Source: Alphaproteobacteria bacterium (GTDB lineage: Bacteria; Pseudomonadota; Alphaproteobacteria; JACZXZ01). Taken from it: a stretch of DNA of 61,505 bases. How positions within the stretch are numbered: position 1 is the first letter of the stretch; each line of letters begins with the position of its first letter. The notes beneath the pieces are model-generated. The model was given only the letters and a program-made list of their open reading frames with translations. It had not been told where the DNA came from and searched no databases. This document shows positions 58,164 to 61,505 of this stretch, piece by piece. Made by a program: the position numbers and the translations under genes. The stretch lies in NCBI GenBank assembly GCA_035625915.1, contig DASPOR010000122.1, positions 1-61,505 of the forward strand, in the 5' to 3' direction.

Positions 58164-59177
58164 ATGGCAATTCGCCGCACCACGATCTTTGGCGGGTCGG
58201 GATTCATAGGCCGCCATCTCGTGCGGCGCCTCGCGGCTCACGGCGAGATCCTCCGGATCGCCGTGCGCGATCCGGCAAACGCACAATACCTCAAGCCTAT
58301 GGGCGACGTGGCACAAATCGTGCCGATGATGGTTGACGTGCGCGACGAGGCTGCGGTCAGGGTCGCGGTCGAGGGCGCTGATTCGGTCATCAATCTTGTC
58401 GGCATCCTGTTCGAGCGTGGCCGCCAGAGTTTTGATGAAATTCACGCAAGGGCGCCGGGACGCATTGCCCGTCTCGCGGCTGAGGCCGGTGTGAAGCGCC
58501 TTGTTCACGTGTCGGCCATCGGGGCGGATCCGGACTCACCGGCGCGCTATGCGCGCACGAAGGCGGCGGGAGAACAGGCTGCGCGCGAGGCGATGCAAAC
58601 AGCGACGATCGTACGCCCGAGCATCGTTTTCGGGCCGGAGGACGAATTTTTCAATCGCTTCGGGGCACTTGCGCGCTGGCTGCCGGCACTACCGGTGTTC
58701 GGTGCGGCCCCGCGGCTCGAAAAATTCGCCGAGGGCGGGGCGCGCTTCGAGCTTTTGGGTGCTGGCGGCGTGCGTTTCCAGCCGGTCTATGTCGGCGACG
58801 TGGCGGAGGCGATCGTGCGCATACTCGAGGACCGAGGGACCGAAGGGAAGATTTATGAATTGGGCGGGCCGCGCGTTTATAGTTTTGCCGAGATCATGCA
58901 GCTCGTGCTGAGAGCGACGGACCGTAAGCGCTGGCTCTTGCCGCTGCCGTTGAAGGTTGCTGAAATTCAAGCCGCCATCCTGAGCCTGCTGCCTCTTCCG
59001 AAGCCACTCCTCACCCGCGACCAGGTGCTGCTCATGGAACGCGACAATGTCGTCTCCCAAGGAGCGCTCGGTCTCTCGGCACTTGGCATCGCGCCCACCG
59101 CCGTCGAGGCGGTGCTTCCGGATTACATGGATATCCACCGGCGCGGCGGGCGATATCGACATTCCCGCCTCGCTTGA
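58164..59177 (+). CDS. Complex I NDUFA9-like atypical SDR
   Basis: IFGGSGFIGRH, VINLVGIL, HVSAIGAD, YARTK..GE, RPSIVFGPED, QPVYVGDVA. Confidence 0.93.
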   Translation: MAIRRTTIFGGSGFIGRHLVRRLAAHGEILRIAVRDPANAQYLKPMGDVAQIVPMMVDVRDEAAVRVAVEGADSVINLVGILFERGRQSFDEIHARAPGRIARLAAEAGVKRLVHVSAIGADPDSPARYARTKAAGEQAAREAMQTATIVRPSIVFGPEDEFFNRFGALARWLPALPVFGAAPRLEKFAEGGARFELLGAGGVRFQPVYVGDVAEAIVRILEDRGTEGKIYELGGPRVYSFAEIMQLVLRATDRKRWLLPLPLKVAEIQAAILSLLPLPKPLLTRDQVLLMERDNVVSQGALGLSALGIAPTAVEAVLPDYMDIHRRGGRYRHSRLA

Positions 59178-59623
59178 GCGCAAGGGAAACCGCGCGGTTA
59201 GGCCCTCGTTCGAACCGCTCCGCGACCAGTCCGACTTCGTTCGGCACGGGATGGTGTTGAATCCCGGGCAGGCCCCGCATGGCCACACCGTTTTCGACCG
59301 ATGGCGTTCCAAAGATTATTCCCGAACAACATCTTAACCGGCAAAAATCGTCAGATGGTTCCAAATCGGAACTATCTTTTCTTGCGTCATTTTCCCCTTC
59401 GGCTAAATTCAGATTGATTGACGCAGCTTTAGAGAAAATAGATCAGCGGCTCTGACCTATTACAAGAAAATCCCGCCCATACTGGGCGAGAGAGGCTCGC
59501 AGTCGGTCGCTGGGTTCAGATGCCCAACCGGGTGCGTTTTTGGGGTGTGGCCAAAAGGAGGCCCCTGGCCTTCCAAGCCGAACTTCGAAGTCTCGCACGC
59601 TTCGACGCGCCGTGGGGATTGCG

Positions 59624-61066
59624 ATGCCGCGTAACCAGCTCAAGTTTGTCGATGTCGAAAAGCAGATGCCCGACAAGCGGGATGCGCAAGCGCGTCGCCA
59701 CGATTTTCGGGAAATCTTTGCCGAATTCGACGAGGGGCGCGCCAAGGAGCAGGCGAGCCGGTGCTCCCAATGCGGCGTGCCATTCTGTCAGGTCCATTGC
59801 CCGCTTCATAACAATATTCCGGACTGGCTGATGCTGACCTCGGAGGGTCGGCTCGAAGAGGCTTACGAGACTGCTTCGGCGACCAACAACATGCCCGAAG
59901 TCTGCGGGCGAATTTGCCCACAGGATCGCCTCTGCGAAGGCAACTGCGTCATCGAGAAAGGCTTTCATGCGGTCACCATCGGCGGGGTCGAGAAATACAT
60001 CACGGAGGCCGCTTTCGCGAACGGCTGGGTCAGGCCGCCACGCCCGCCGCGAGAGCTTACGCAATCCGTGGGCGTCATCGGTGCCGGGCCCGGCGGGCTC
60101 GCGGCTGCCGAGCAGCTTCGCCGCAAGGGCTATCAGGTCCAAGTCTACGATCGTTACGACCGGATCGGGGGGCTTCTCGTCTACGGCATCCCGAACTTCA
60201 AGCTCGAGAAAAGTGTCGTGGCGCGGCGTGCAGCGCTGCTGCAGGAGGGAGGTGTTGCGTTTCATCTCAACTGCGAAGTCGGCAAGGACATCGTGATCGA
60301 GGAACTGCGCGAGCGCCATGCCGCGGTCATCATCGCGACGGGTGTTTACAAAGGGCGCGACATTGCGGCCCCCGGGGTCGGGCTCGGCAATATCGTGGCG
60401 GCCCTCGACTACCTCACCGCGAGCAACCGCCAGGGCCTTGGCGACCGCGTGCCGCAGTTCGAAGACGGCACGCTCGACGCGTCGGGCAAGAACGTGGTCG
60501 TCGTGGGCGGCGGCGACACGGCGATGGATTGCGTGCGCACGGCGGTGCGCCAGGGGGCCAAGTCCGTCAAGTGCCTCTATCGCCGTAACCGCACCAACAT
60601 GCCGGGATCGCAGCGCGAGGTGCAACACGCCGAGGAAGAGGGTGTCGAGTTCGTGTGGCTTTCAGCACCGGAAGCGTTCCTCGGGCGCGGTGTGGTGCGC
60701 GGCGTGCGCACCGTGCGGATGCGGCTCGGTGTCGCCGACACATCCGGCCGGCAGGTGCCCCAGCCGATCGAAGGTTCCCATTTCACGATCGACGCCGAAC
60801 TCGTCATCAAGGCTCTCGGCTTCGACCCGGAGGATATCCGCACGGAGCTCGGCATGCCCGAGCTCGAAGTGTCGCGCTGGGGAACGGTCAAGATCGACTA
60901 CAAGACGATGATGACGAACCTCGACGGTGTGTTCGCCGTGGGCGACATCGTGCGCGGGGCCTCGCTCGTGGTCTGGGCGATCCGGGACGGGCGCGACGCG
61001 GCCGAAAGTGTTCATCGCTACCTCAAATCCAAAGCCGCGACCGGCATTGCCGCAGCGGCGGAGTAA
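59624..61066 (+). CDS. gltD: Glutamate synthase small subunit
   Basis: QASRCSQCGVPFCQVHCPLHNNIPDWL, CGRICPQDRLCEGNC, IGAGPGG, YGIPNFKL, GGGDTAMDC, GDIVRGASLVVWAIRDGR. Confidence 0.95.
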   Translation: MPRNQLKFVDVEKQMPDKRDAQARRHDFREIFAEFDEGRAKEQASRCSQCGVPFCQVHCPLHNNIPDWLMLTSEGRLEEAYETASATNNMPEVCGRICPQDRLCEGNCVIEKGFHAVTIGGVEKYITEAAFANGWVRPPRPPRELTQSVGVIGAGPGGLAAAEQLRRKGYQVQVYDRYDRIGGLLVYGIPNFKLEKSVVARRAALLQEGGVAFHLNCEVGKDIVIEELRERHAAVIIATGVYKGRDIAAPGVGLGNIVAALDYLTASNRQGLGDRVPQFEDGTLDASGKNVVVVGGGDTAMDCVRTAVRQGAKSVKCLYRRNRTNMPGSQREVQHAEEEGVEFVWLSAPEAFLGRGVVRGVRTVRMRLGVADTSGRQVPQPIEGSHFTIDAELVIKALGFDPEDIRTELGMPELEVSRWGTVKIDYKTMMTNLDGVFAVGDIVRGASLVVWAIRDGRDAAESVHRYLKSKAATGIAAAAE

Positions 61067-61071
61067 CGACC

Positions 61072-61505
61072 ATGCTACGACTTTATGACAATCTTACTTC
61101 GGGCAATGGCTACAAGGTTCGGCTGCTATTGACGGCCCTCGGCATTCCTTTCGAGCGGGTCGAGCTCGACGTCGATCGAAGCGAGACGCGCACGCCCGAA
61201 TTTCTCGCGAAGAATCCCAATGGGCGCATCCCGGTTCTTGAGGTCGCCCCCGGCGATTACCTCGCGGAATCGAACGCGATCCTCTGTTACCTTGCCGACG
61301 GCACACCCTATCTTCCGCAAGGTCGGCGTGCGCGTGCCGCGGTCATGCAATGGCTCTTTTTCGAGCAGTACAGCCACGAGCCGAATATCGCGACCCTTCG
61401 CTACTGGATCACGCACAATGTGCTCACGCCTGAGCGTGCTGCAATGCTGGAATCGAAGCGTACCGCTGGTTATGCGGCACTCCACGTGATGGAACGCCAG
61501 CTCGA
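61072..61505 (+). CDS. Glutathione S-transferase family protein (runs off the right edge)
   Basis: Manual translation MLRLYDNLTSGNGYKVRLLL...KNPNGRIPVL...ESNAILCYLA...WLFFEQYSHEPNIA. Confidence 0.93.
   Translation, partial: MLRLYDNLTSGNGYKVRLLLTALGIPFERVELDVDRSETRTPEFLAKNPNGRIPVLEVAPGDYLAESNAILCYLADGTPYLPQGRRARAAVMQWLFFEQYSHEPNIATLRYWITHNVLTPERAAMLESKRTAGYAALHVMERQL

Noticed and set aside
59579-59605. Degenerate copy of the palindromic repeat in the gltD leader (GAACTTCGAAGTCTCGCAC)
   Set aside because: Only a 7-nt core matches, with no partner arm or CTAG-type end.

Overview
High-GC alphaproteobacterial core-genome window; gene order and content suggest a Rhodospirillales-like lineage (inference). 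It is almost entirely housekeeping synteny. From left to right: lptG (partial), a lipoprotein hydrolase with an ABC ATPase, zf-CHCC, polA, pckA, chvI-chvG-hprK-rapZ-EIIA(Man)-HPr-EI, ahcY-divL-tsaE-amgK-murU-addB-addA-trxA, then (minus strand) aroA-cmk-rpsA-ihfB-lapA-trpF/trpB-trpA-accD-folC, tRNA-Ala(GGC), hsp20-DUF1150, (minus strand) tRNA-Leu(CAG)-rnd-kdsD-lptC-lptA-lptB-rpoN-hpf-ptsN, an NDUFA9-like SDR, gltD and a partial GST. I see no CRISPR array, integrase, transposase or prophage. The most interesting signals are small. (1) A family of ~76-78 bp palindromic intergenic elements with CT(A/C)GTGTGG ends at three loci; two of these loci are breaks in otherwise conserved operons. (2) A divergent SHMT-fold PLP enzyme with altered active-site motifs, paired with an Lrp regulator. 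(3) A ~73-aa ORF carrying a free-standing copy of the alphaproteobacterial IF2-associated motif, next to a Gre paralog lacking the acidic finger. (4) A collapsed ornithine cyclodeaminase-family remnant. (5) A ROSE-like thermometer with an RpoH promoter on hsp20 and a SahR-type operator on ahcY. All family assignments come from motif recognition by eye; no database searches were run.
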